Part shown: positions 25,441-37,094 of the stretch, in pieces
Layout: each line of letters starts with the position of its first letter
Numbering within the stretch: position 1 is the stretch's first letter
Assembly (NCBI RefSeq): GCF_006345805.1
Contig: NW_021832779.1
Coordinates: 1-49,311, forward strand
Length of the DNA stretch: 49,311 nucleotides
Direction of reading: 5' to 3'
Source of the DNA: Octopus sinensis
Taxonomy: Eukaryota
Program-made: the position numbers and the translations under genes
The notes under the pieces: model-generated
The model's database searches: none
What the model saw: only the letters and a program-made list of their open reading frames with translations
What the model was told of the DNA's origin: nothing

Positions 25441-26890
25441 TGTTTCTTTATTAGCCACACAAAGCTGCACACAGACAGGACAAATTACAAGGTAGAGCTT
25501 TTCTTCTGGGGTTAAAAAAAGGGGGTTTGGTTTTCGATCAAAAGGGATCGTAAAAGAAAGGAAAGAGGACAAAAAAAAGGGGGAGGGGGATAAAATAAAA
25601 TAAAAAAAGGGGAAACGAAAAAAATTGATCAATAGGGATCGTTATCACAGAAATGTCAATATGAAGTGTAAAGGGGAGGACAGGTGAGGTTTACCCGTGG
25701 AAAGAAAAGCCTACGGAAAAGACCACGGTAACCTCGGTCAATGAAGTCACATGTTATATTTCTTTTTTTTTTTTTTTACAAATAAGCAACTCTCTGTCTT
25801 AATTTTTACGGTTCATAGGTTCATAGTCAAGGTGGCTTCGTCATTCATACGTGCCATCCTTGCTACATTCACCCATCTTTTTTTAAAACATTCACTAGAC
25901 AACACTTGCCTCTCTACTCTCACTTTCCTCTTCAAGTGATACTTGAAGAAGTTGATGAGAGATTGACCAGAGAGGAAAGTGTTTGTCTCTAATCCTTTCA
26001 GGAGCGTCCACCAGATACATTCTTTCGCCATAGCCACAAGTATGATGAAAATAGCTCTTCCTTCTCGTTTGAAGGAAGGAGGCGTGACGATATTAACGAT
26101 AGACTCGGCTGATAAACCGACACGTCCCACACGTGACAGCAGTCGTTCGACATAAGCCCACAGGTCTGAGATTGTTGGACACTGCACGATTGCGTGCAGA
26201 ACGGTTTCGTCGCTCTGCCCGCATCTCGGCCCCGTGTTTCTCGAGCCATGCCTATAGAGCTTATCCCGAATGGGTAGCGCTTCTCGGTAGCAAAGCCAGG
26301 CCAGGGATCTCTGGAAGTTGTCCATAGGTCCCGGCCCGAAAGTCGTTTGAAACAGGCGGGTCAGGTATTCCTCGTCGACGCCCAGGTTTGCCCCAAGATC
26401 GTCGTCGTACCTCCCCTCCACTAATCCCCTATAGAATGCTTTGGTTGCGTTGAAGTCACTCAAGGTTGACCCGGGACGGCAGAGTTGCTTGAGACCAACG
26501 CGACGCTCGCGGTGCCATTCGCCCTTCCTCGGCCTCTTTTTGATCCACGACTGCAGTTCGGTCATGGAGACGAGCTGCGGGAACGCGTACCTCACAAACG
26601 GCGACCACACCTGTTCACCGTCGTCTACATAGAGCCGGAGATGGGACAGTTAGGGACAGTTTCCTTTCGGCCCATTGCGGGGCCAGAGTGACCACCCTAC
26701 TCGTTATCTCGTTTCAGTTCTTCTCCATTTGGAGGTCTGGACCGAACCAGACCCCGAGCAACTCAACCGGGCCGTCCGTCCTTCGTCCCACGACGGAGGT
26801 ACTGGTGGACGGCATGGGCTTGCTTCTCCAGGTGCCGAGCCGCAAGCCCACTGACTTTTCCCGGTTGATTTTTGCTCATGTCACCGCTTC
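25441..26890 (-). mobile_element. 5'-truncated L1/Tx1-clade LINE (end of RT, zf-RVT-like C-terminus, 3'UTR)
   Basis: AKINREKS...LLGVWFG (late RT) then the 265-aa ORF 25813-26610 with (C)PRCGQSDETVLHAIVQCP; internal deletion near 26650; 3'UTR ends AATAAAGAAAC against (TATC)n. Confidence 0.85.
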
Positions 26891-27189
26891 GTAGTCTTTC
26901 AGTGTCTGATTTTTTGTATACCCTTGGTGGGTAGATGAGTCGCTGCTATCTCTCACTATCGAGCATCTCTCATTGACGAGAACGAAGAAGGTCGATATAA
27001 CGTGATCTGATGACGGATGTTCTAATCAATAATGACTGAACTGACCCTAGACAGAAGCAGTAATAAACGTTTCCAAACTTTGATTCAGAGATTTCCCGAC
27101 GCTCCTTGCACTATGTACCTACATAGTTCGATGCTATGATATTTACTAAATGCTCAATGTAAACACATACGTTAAGTTCTAGGCATGTA

Positions 27190-27220
<31 letters not shown>

Positions 27221-27675
27221 CATAAAACAAAACATACAAATCTGCACAAATATATACGTACATACATACATACAAAAATACCCTGTTCATGTCATTCCAA
27301 TGTAGGAGCCTTGGATCTAGGTTAGAAACCGGCTCTTTCTCTATTGGCAAGAAATCATGAAATAAAACTGAACAATGGCATACATACATACATACATACA
27401 TGCATACATACATACATACACACATGCATGCATACATACATACATACATACATACATACATACATACATACATACACACATACATACATGCATGCATACA
27501 TACATACACACATACATACACACACATACATACATACATACATTCATACATACATACATACATACACACATACATACATACATACATACATACATACATA
27601 CATACATGCATGCATGCATGCATGCATGCATACATACATACATACATACATACATACATACATACATACATACAT
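27190..27675 (+). mobile_element. 3'UTR fragment of the (CATA)n-associated LINE plus (CATA)n tail
   Basis: CAAATCTGCACA resembles CAAGTCTGCACA at ~38680; AATAAA at 27361 followed by (CATA)n. Confidence 0.45.
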
Positions 27676-28463
27676 AAAAACAAAACATACAAAAACACAT
27701 ACATATATACATTTAATTATTGGCGTCTGAAGCAACATGAATAACAAATGACAATTTTTTTTTATCCCATTTAACGTGGATGTATTGCCAATTGCCAGAG
27801 TTTTGACTTTTGTGCTAATTACCTCAATAAACCTGGTGGCTTATTGCGACATCAATGCCCGAATAGTTACTGAAATTCCATACATCGCTGGTTGTGAGAT
27901 TTCACAGGTATGCAGCTAACAGACGTCTGCCACTGTAAAGACAGGGCACGTCGAAATCATATGATATAGCAGTACCTTCGAGTCTCGCAGCCGACACGGC
28001 GTAAACCTTGCAGAGGTAGAGCAGGTTATTGAAAAAGTTATGAACAGCGATGACAGGAACTTGACAAACAAGCAACCGACTAATTGTTTAGCTAGTACAT
28101 TAAACAAACGATCAATTACTTTGTTGATTAGATATTTAACCAATCGAATAAGAATCAAGAAGTGAAATGCAACCAGTGCCTGTATCTTTATCATTGGTGC
28201 AATGATCTTCCCAACACAAAACACTATTTATTATACTTTTACAAGAAAAAAAGCCACAATGACTTCGATGTTTCGGCTTGCTGGATAGATCGACAAAGAC
28301 AATTAACAGGCTCAGACTTCGAAATCACTGTCATTGTTTTTCTCGTAAAATATAATATGATACGATGTGTGTGTGCGTGTGCCCTCATGTGTGCGTATGT
28401 CTGTATGTATGTATGATGTATGTGCGAGCGCGTGCAAATACATACGTATAAATACCCGCAATA

Positions 28464-28642
28464 GGCGCAGGAGTTGGTGTGTGGTAAGTAGCTTGCTTGC
28501 GAACCACATGGTTCCAGGTTCAGTCCCACTTAGGTAAGTGGCTTCTACTATAGCCTCGGACCGACAAAGCCTTGTGAGTGATTTGGTAGACGGAACTGAA
28601 AGAAGCCCGTCGTATATATGTGTGTATATATATATAGTGATG

Positions 28643-28674
<32 letters not shown>

Positions 28675-28956
28675 ATATGTTTGTGTGTGTGTGTGTGTAT
28701 GTTGTGCTTGTGTGTTGTGGGTGTGTGTGTGTTTGTTGTGGTATGTTTTGTCCTCCCAGCATTGCTTGACAACCGATGCTCGTTTTTGTGTCCGTTACGT
28801 AGAGGTCCGTAACTTAGAGGTCCCGACAAAAAGAGACTGATAGAATAAGTACTGGGCTTACAAAGAATAAGTCTTGGCGTCGAGTTGCTCGACTAAAGGC
28901 GGTGCTCCAGCATGGCCACAGTCACATGACTGAAACAAGTAAAAGAGTAAAGAGTA
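28464..28956 (+). mobile_element. CORE-like tRNA-derived SINE family B with internal (TA)/(TG) microsatellite
   Basis: Head TGTGGTAAGTAGCTTGCTT...GGTTCAGTCCC, body TCTACTATAGCC, tail GACTGAAACAAGTAAAAGAGTAAAGAG. Confidence 0.8.
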
Positions 28957-29728
28957 TATATACTGCATACGCATTATATACGAGTGCATGCTCAAGCGTG
29001 CACTTTTATATATATTTGTGCATGTTGTAGTGTGTGCATCTTTGTGTGATATATCAATACATTTTTATTTGTGTACTTATCGGATTACACTCGAGTGAGG
29101 AGAATAGAGAAGGACTTTGTATGCACGTTTGGTGGGGCGTGTGTAGATACAGGGAAGAGAGCGTGGGGGTGTGTCTGCCTGTCTCTGTGTCTGTGTGTCT
29201 CTACGTCTACGACAGCTGCACAATGCTTTAAAATCGGAGTACAAAATAATGTTATTTCCAGTTTCAAAACCCCTGAATACAAACATTCGATATCTAACTG
29301 TATCCAAAAACAGAGATCGATTGCCAGTTGACAATGATTAATTGGCACTTAAATGACAGCTGTCTCGAATAAGTTAATCCCAGACACAAACACTATAGAT
29401 TTTTACGTTGGTTCCAGCCATTATTTCACCCACATCACCTCTACCACACAGACACCCACCCACCCATCCTGCCCTACCTCTCTCCCTCCCTCCATCCTTC
29501 CATCCATGTATCCATCCGTCCATTCATCCATCCATCCATCCATCCATCCATTCATCCATCATTCCATCCATCCAACAAAATAAGTATCTAAATTTAAGAA
29601 ATAGGTGAAAAAATGATGATGATGATGATGATGATGACGACGACGATGACGACGACGACAACGATGACGACGATGACGATTTGTTTTATTTGCCACAAGG
29701 GCCTTCAGCTTATGTGGAACATAATATA

Positions 29729-30117
29729 TCTTTATATATAAAAGTGAAGTTGTGTGAATGTCTGTCCCCTTCGATTTAGATTCCTAACTACTCCCACATT
29801 TTGCGGTGCAGTTTAAACCAAAAGCGGGTATCTTATAGTCGTGATTCATATCGAGCCCTTCTGGGTATTAGCGCGCGTCTACGATGAGTCTACGATTAAA
29901 AAAAAAATTTCCCATTTTTAATGCATTTTTTTTTGCTATTATATAAGGGAAGTAACTCTCTAAAAATGTATTATTAAATCTAAAACGTAAAAAGCTACAG
30001 TAACACCCCCTTTGTGGTTAGCCACAGATTAGAGATGCTATTATACTATACATCTCTAAAAATGCTTATATAGTTATTTCCCTTACAAACCCGAGCAACG
30101 CCGGGCGATACTGCTAG
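29729..30117 (+). mobile_element. Non-autonomous Helitron
   Basis: A|TC start, subterminal hairpin CCCG-AGCAACGC-CGGG, CTAG|T end; second copy at 47391-47767. Confidence 0.85.
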
Positions 30118-30375
30118 TTAATAATAGAACTCTTCTGAGTCATTCTGATCTGCTGTATTTCGGTGTGAATGCAAATATGGTGGCTGAAACAGAGAGAAGA
30201 ATTTGAGTTTTGAAGACCTACAATAAAATCATAAAAGGATTATTATAACCACTGTTCTTGTTTGTTGCTACTGTTATTATTATCATTATATGTTTGACAT
30301 TATTATTATTATTGTTGTTGTTGTTGTTGTTATAATTATAATTATTATCAGTAGTAGTAGTAGTAGTAGTGGTAA

Positions 30376-30606
30376 GGCGGCGGGCCGGCAGAAACGTTAG
30401 CACGCCGGGCGAAATGCGTAGCAATATTTCGCCTGCTGTTACGTTCTGAGTTCAAATTCCGCCGAGGTCGACTTTGCCTTTCATCCTTTCGGGGTCGATA
30501 AATTAAGTATCAATTACGCACTGGGGTCGCTATAATCGACTTAATCCGTTTGTCTGTCCTTGTTTGTCCCCTCTATGTATAGGCCCCTGTGGGCAATAAA
30601 GAAATA
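30376..30606 (+). mobile_element. SINE family A inside a trinucleotide mosaic
   Basis: Full-length match; tail GGGCAATAAAGAAATA. Confidence 0.9.
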
Positions 30607-30609
30607 AAC

Positions 30610-30648
30610 TATTATTATTACTATTTTATTATTATTATTGGTAGCAGC

Positions 30649-30705
<57 letters not shown>

Positions 30706-31027
30706 GGTGGTGGTGGTGTTGATAGTAGTAGTAGTAGATTAGTAGTAGTAGTAGATTAGTAGTAGTAGTAGTAGTAGTAGTAGTGTTTCCGGTAGTTAAG
30801 ATATATATTGACATTGACATTGGTTGTTGTTATTGCTGTTGTTGTTGTTGTTGTAGTCGACGTCATCGTTGACATTGATGCAAGGGCAAATGTATTTAGT
30901 TGTAGTTATAGAGATAGTGATGGTTTGTGGCGGTGGTGGTGGCGGAGGCGGCGGAGGTGAGAGGGGGTGGTGGAGATAGTTGGGCTGTGGGGGGGGGGTT
31001 ATAGTATTCGCGGTAGTAATAGTTCTT

Positions 31028-31058
<31 letters not shown>

Positions 31059-31250
31059 CAGCATGAAGAAAACTTAAAAAGTGGATGTGAGGGAGATAAA
31101 GAAGAGGAGAAAAAGGAGGAAAATCAGTTGAGAAAAAGGCGAGAGGAGGAGGAGGAAGTGGTGGTGGTGGAGGAGGAATATGTGGAGGAGGAGCATGAGG
31201 GGGAAAAAGGAAACTAACATGTATAAACAGCAGCAGCAGCAGCAGCGATA
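30610..31250. repeat. Mosaic of (TTA)/(GTA)/(GGT)/(GTT)/(GA)/(GGA)/(CAG) repeats
   Basis: Direct reading. Confidence 0.9.
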
Positions 31251-31341
31251 TATTATGCAGGTTGGTATCTATGGTTTGGAAATTATTCAAATTATCTGTA
31301 TATACATATATATACCTACATACGTACATGTATGTGCATAA

Positions 31342-31379
<38 letters not shown>

Positions 31380-32094
31380 GTATGAATGTGTTTATGTATT
31401 TATAGATGCATGCTGTGTATAATATATATGTGTGGGGGGTGTATGCTTGTGTGCGTGTGTATATATATACATGCATACATACATATATATATATGATAAT
31501 AATAATTATTATTTGAGGGAATATTAATCCAAACTTACAGGGAAAAATTCAGTTTAGAAATACTAAATCAAATTTCACACAATATAATATATATGTATAA
31601 AAATTAGAATAAAACCACCTTTTATCAATACTAAATGAACAACTAAATTACACCATCCAGAAAATTACATATAATAGAAATATTAACATTAAAATAACAA
31701 TAAAATGTCAGAGATTAAGTAAATTGCAAAAAAATAATAAAAACGTATGTAATTGGTAGAATAACAATATATATATAGGGTATGAGAGGTATTGGTGTGA
31801 AGAAGACCCAAAGGTGACAGGTAACGCTGAGTAAGTGCTATGAACAGTCGATGGTTAAGCTCCAGGTTCAGTAATGATACGAATGATGAGTCTAACGTGG
31901 GTCGTGTATTAGCATGCATATATATAATAATTACAAGAATGAGATAAAAAAAATAATATATCCTAGGGTGTGAATAGTTTTCAGAACATTTATAAAGAGA
32001 AAGTCTTACAGCTGATTCCGGGATATTTTATAAATCAGAGACGGTGTGAGAAAATATTTAAGTAGTAATTTCCTTCCCTTCATTTTCTCGCACC

Positions 32095-32142
32095 GTCTCT
32101 GATGAAGGAATATATAAAATGTTCCGGAAACAGATGTAAGAC
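32095..32142 (+). ncRNA. Minimal type I hammerhead ribozyme candidate
   Basis: GTCT-CTGATGA-A-GGAAT...GTTCC-G-GAAA-C-AGAT-G-TA-AGAC (stem I GTCT/AGAC, GUA cleavage triplet). Confidence 0.6.
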
Positions 32143-32200
32143 CTCTTTATAAATGTTCTGAAAGCTATTGACAGCCTTGGATTTCTTTATCCCATGTTAA

Positions 32201-32238
<38 letters not shown>

Positions 32239-32293
32239 ACACACACACACAAACACACACACATATATATATATATAATTATTTGGTAGCCAT

Positions 32294-32354
32294 GATAAAA
32301 CTCCGAGTTTCGGATGTCGGGCCGGAAACCCACGCCGCTATCTCTTCAGTTATC
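32294..32354 (-). ncRNA. Type I hammerhead ribozyme candidate (left arm of inverted repeat)
   Basis: Minus strand GATAA-CTGAAGA-GAT...ATCC-GAAA-CTC-G-GAG-TT-TTATC. Confidence 0.65.
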
Positions 32355-32499
32355 GGGCCATCGAAAAAAATGCTATGAAAATGACCGTTAAGAACTATTA
32401 CAATGACCGCTAAGTAAGGAGAGTGACTAAAGGCAACGGAGTAAAAAAGTTCATAGTATTCGCATGTCCATACATACACATGTGCGGCCGCACACCCAC

Positions 32500-32560
32500 G
32501 ATAACTGAAGAGATAGCGGCGTGGGTTTCTACCCCGACATCCGAAACTCGGAGTTTTATC
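32500..32560 (+). ncRNA. Type I hammerhead ribozyme candidate (right arm of inverted repeat)
   Basis: GATAA-CTGAAGA-GAT...ATCC-GAAA-CTC-G-GAG-TT-TTATC; stem I 5 bp; stem III with a 1-nt loop. Confidence 0.65.
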
Positions 32561-32769
32561 TTGGCTACCGAATAATTGTTACATATTACATTTACAGATA
32601 AATTCCTCGATTTACATATCGAGGTCCCTTTCATTCTTTTGTTGTGTACTATATTATATATATATATATAGTTAATCGAAACATGAAAACACCAAGAGAA
32701 AAACAACAACGCGAGGACGTGGAACCAATATAGTATTATTGGACGCTCAGGAAGGGGAAGGGAAGGAGG

Positions 32770-32804
32770 GTTTTACGTTTCGAGCGGAGCTCTTCGTCAG
32801 AAAC
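32770..32804 (-). ncRNA. 35-nt minimal hammerhead ribozyme candidate
   Basis: Minus strand GTTT-CTGACGA-A-GAGC-TCC-GCTC-GAAA-C-GTA-AAAC; canonical core; palindromic ACGT replaces stem-loop III. Confidence 0.7.
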
Positions 32805-33287
32805 ATAGGAAAAGGAAAGATCCAGAGAAGGGAAGACTGAGGGAAAAAAATCGCCAACGGTACACGCGCGGTCATTTTGAATATATATATATAGATTCAG
32901 ATGATATGGTACTTAAGTTGAGGCACCAGAATCTAGTACGGTATTATCCATACAATTTCAAATAAGGTGATTAAAATCAAAATATGCAACAAGGATATCC
33001 AGAGGTAATGCAGTACGATAGTTTCAAGCAACTCCATTTAATTGAATAATGCAATCATTACATCAATTTAAGAGCAGAACAATCTTCAGCTGCCCAAAGA
33101 CATAGAATTAAATTAAATTAGAACAGGTGGACACAGTATAGTTTTAACTAAAATCCCCTACTTGTTTCATTTCACTTTCATTTTGCTTGTAACAATATTC
33201 GATTATATAACTGCATGTTATATATAAACAAACAATACACTTCTATTGTTGTGGTGCACCTGAGCACTGTATACAATACTTTCATTA

Positions 33288-33349
<62 letters not shown>

Positions 33350-33606
33350 TATTATTATTTTTATTATTAGTTTAGTATCAAAAGGATGACGAAAATGTGA
33401 ACGAGATGGCGTCAATTTTCAATTCGCATAAACGTAGATAGGATAACAGTATTTACGATGATTTTGCGTTTAGTAACGAATTAAATGTATATACATACTA
33501 TTGTAATTCAGGATGGTCAGTTTTTTCTCCAAATAAACACACACACACACACACATTATATAATCGTTCTTCACTCGTATATTACTGTTCTTAATCTACT
33601 CATGTC

Positions 33607-33745
33607 CATTATCAGGAAATCTTTCGTTACACATCTGTGACCTCTTCAGTGATATATATGAAATAAGTGGAGCAAGGGAACACACGAAGTCAGAAATTGT
33701 CACTGAGGAGGTCACAGATGTCTAACGAAAGATTTCTGGACAATG
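33607..33745. repeat. 46-bp inverted repeat pair with degenerate hammerhead-like cores
   Basis: Arms 33607-33652 and 33700-33745; CTGA(A/G)GA...GAAAGATTTC. Confidence 0.75.
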
Positions 33746-33914
33746 AACTTGAGTTAGAATAAGAACAGTAATAAACGAATAAAGAACGAATATGTAGTGC
33801 GTGTGTTTATTTGGCAAGAAAAAATGACCTTCCTGAAATATAACAATGTCTGTTTCAACACATGACTTCACATCAGGAATCTTGCAACCCAAATTGATAA
33901 ACGTAAGTGCAGCT

Positions 33915-34126
33915 ATGTATGCATGCATGTATGTATGTATGTATGTATGTATGTATGTATGTATGTATGTATGTATGTATGTATGTATGTATGTATGCAT
34001 GCATGCATGTATGTATGTATGTATGTATGTATGTATGTATGTATGTATGTATATATAGAGAGAGAGAGAGTGAGAGAGATATTGAGATAGAGACAGATAT
34101 TGATATAGAGAGGCAGACAGACGGAC

Positions 34127-34187
<61 letters not shown>

Positions 34188-34188
34188 T
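33915..34188. repeat. (TATG)n, (GA)n, (GATA)n compound
   Basis: Direct reading. Confidence 0.95.
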
Positions 34189-34869
34189 TAAAATTCATTG
34201 CCAGTATTTAGGCAGTACGTTTTCGTTGCATTATAAGCGTACATTGTTTTAGGATAATTGAATTTCATCTCAGCTCTGTTTTATATTTTCCCTCGTTGAA
34301 GTTCAAGCTTCCTTCATTTTACATGTCTTGCCAGCATTCTTCCTACATACATTCTTCTACCATATATATATACTTATGCTATACACTATAAGAATATATT
34401 ATACAACGATGCTAAATCAATGTGAAGCATACTATTTTAAAGCGTGTTCACACTAGTCAGTATGTATCTATCTATATATATATATATATATATATATAAT
34501 ACATAAATATAAGAGAGTTACCAGTCAACTCCTAGAATATTACCGGTACAATTTTATATCAATTTTGCAGGGACAAAAGCCAAATTCCATTTCAGTCCAA
34601 ACTGAGAAATAAATATAACAAAGTATTTTTCTCCACAGATTCTGCCACTCACCATCGTGCTGATGACGATAATAATAACAAGAATAAGGAGCTATTCTTA
34701 GCACTAGAGTTAACCACTTAACGGTAACTCTCTTATATTTATGTATAAATTTGTATTGTCTCCCTGGTTTTTTATGTGCTAAGCCACTTGGTGTGAAACT
34801 GATGGTATTATTAATTAATATCTAATTTTTCACCCTTATTTATGAATTTATATATATATAATATATATA

Positions 34870-34908
<39 letters not shown>

Positions 34909-35095
34909 TATATAAATTCCATAATTATGAGTATAATTAGGGTTCAGCAAAATTTTGCTTCACCACATACCGAAATTTAGAAATAGCAGTTAAAACTAAC
35001 TACTTCACTACCATAAGAAAATCTCCCAAATAGCAATAGTCAACAACCACGCAAGTAAAGAGAAAAAAATAACGAATCCACGCGGCTTTGATTAA

Positions 35096-35177
35096 CTGTA
35101 TAGGCGTTTCGGAGTTGGAGAAATGTAAAAAATGTAAAATTACATTTCCATTTTATCATTCTCACTCTTCAGTACAG
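35096..35177 (-). ncRNA. Hammerhead-like motif with long stem II
   Basis: Minus strand CTGTA-CTGAAGA-...-C-GAAA-CGCC-TA-TACAG; stem III mismatched. Confidence 0.45.
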
Positions 35178-35559
35178 TAATTCAAGATTTTAAATTTGAG
35201 AGCACTGCAAATATTAAACATACCTTATCTGACCAGGTATCATCAGACACCATACATCTAATATGACCATTACTTCCGAATTCAAACTGACGAATAAGAT
35301 CTCGTATTCCTTCTCACTCACCCACGTGTGCTAATGAGGAAAATTCAACAGAAAAAACTGTAGTTTACTATCAGGAAGAGAATTATATTGTCAATAATAA
35401 TAAAGGGTAAAATTAATTAATTAATTAATGATTTTACCAAGTAGTTCGGTGTGTTAAAAGAACCATAGCAATACACCACGACGTCAAAAAGCCTTTGAAC
35501 TTTACGCAAAACCGTTATTATTATCATTACTTTTTTTATTCTCTCTAAACTTTCCTGTA

Positions 35560-35735
35560 GCCACTGCACACATTTTTTTTCTCTCCTTGTTTCTCTCCTT
35601 GTTTTTTTCTGTGTCCCTTTCCGTAGAAGAGCGTAGGTTCGAAACATAAAGACTTTTTTCTATCCTGAACGTTATACTAATACATCTGTTTGTTTTGTAA
35701 CACCACCTGTCTTCATCTTTATCTTTTTCGTAAAC
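35560..35735 (+). mobile_element. Short dispersed repeat with degenerate hammerhead-like motif
   Basis: CTTT-CCGTAGA-A-GAGCGTAGGTTC-GAAA at 35617-35651; same family as 17435 and 37925. Confidence 0.6.
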
Positions 35736-35806
35736 TTTCCCTATATATATACATACATACATACATACATACATACATACCTATATATATATATATATAT
35801 TTATAT

Positions 35807-35898
35807 GGCCGCTGGCTTAGCCAAACGGCTGGCGTCATTTGAAGGCATTGTGACCAGCGATGTGTAGCAACATCTGATAACTGGTTGGTCACGGTGAT
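35807..35898. repeat. Short hairpin-forming dispersed repeat embedded in (TA)n
   Basis: Shared with 49116-49218; GTGACCA...GATGT-GTAGCA-ACATC...TGGTCAC. Confidence 0.65.
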
Positions 35899-35925
35899 AT
35901 ATATATATTATATATATATATATAT

Positions 35926-35976
<51 letters not shown>

Positions 35977-36056
35977 GTATATATTATATATATATATATG
36001 TATATATGTATATATATATATATGTATATATGTATATATGTATATATATGTATATA

Positions 36057-36089
<33 letters not shown>

Positions 36090-36104
36090 ATATATATATA
36101 ATAC

Positions 36105-36150
<46 letters not shown>

Positions 36151-36185
36151 TGTATTATGTATGTATGTATATACATATATATATG
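35899..36185. repeat. (TA)n-rich tract
   Basis: Direct reading. Confidence 0.95.
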
Positions 36186-37094
36186 CAAGAAAGAAAGAAG
36201 GCAATTTATATACAAAATAAAATCTAAACCTGAGAGTATCTATTTGAGTTAATGTGCTTTGATTTAGTCTCTTAAACACTCATTTTGGTCTTATTTTCAA
36301 TTTTCGTCACTTTAATACAATTAAATTTTTAAAATATATATAACAAAAATAACTGTATAAATAAAAAAGAAACGTACCAATCTCTGACAGCTTTTTGCAC
36401 TCACAACGAAATACCAGCGTCTGTGGCATTTTTTTTGTAAACTTTCGTAATGGAGTGCACAAAAAATTCCTAAATAAATTCATAAAATATGCTGTGTAAA
36501 TTACAATAATTAAAAAAAATCTAAAAATTTAATTCAATCAATTTTAAAGTAACTTTAAATGATTTGATTTTTACGAAGTAATTTAAACATTTACATAATT
36601 TCCCTAATAGAAATCCGAACACCTTAATTTCAGGATAATTATCAAATTATTCGGTGAGGTAATTAACACAATAGCATAGTATTAGTGGTGGTGATTGTGG
36701 TGGTGATGGTGGTGAGAATGGTGGTAGATGTGGCTGAATGATGCTAATGATGGTGGTTAGGTGATGTGCGAAGGTATTTCCGGCAGTGGGGCGTGGTCGT
36801 GGAGTCTATGGTGGATGAAGTGGTAAGCTTGTGGTGATTAAAATAGTAGTTGGGGTGAGAGGGTGTGACAGTGCTGTGCTATTTGTGGTGGTGGTGGTGG
36901 CGGTGTTGAAGATGTTTGTGTTTGCTGGTTTCTATTGTAGCGGCGGCGTCGAGGGCGACATGGCGGCAAGGGTTAAAGCCACAGTAGCAGCGTCAGCGGC
37001 AGCGGCTGCCATAGCAGCAAAAGCGACGGCAGTGGAGGCATCAGCAGCGGCAGCGACAGCGACGGCAGAGTTGGCAGAGGCGGTGGAGGCAACC

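Noticed and set aside
27760-28330. Unique-looking sequence with several 60-100 aa open frames
   Set aside because: Frames interrupted by stops, no consistent splice signals, no recognised motif
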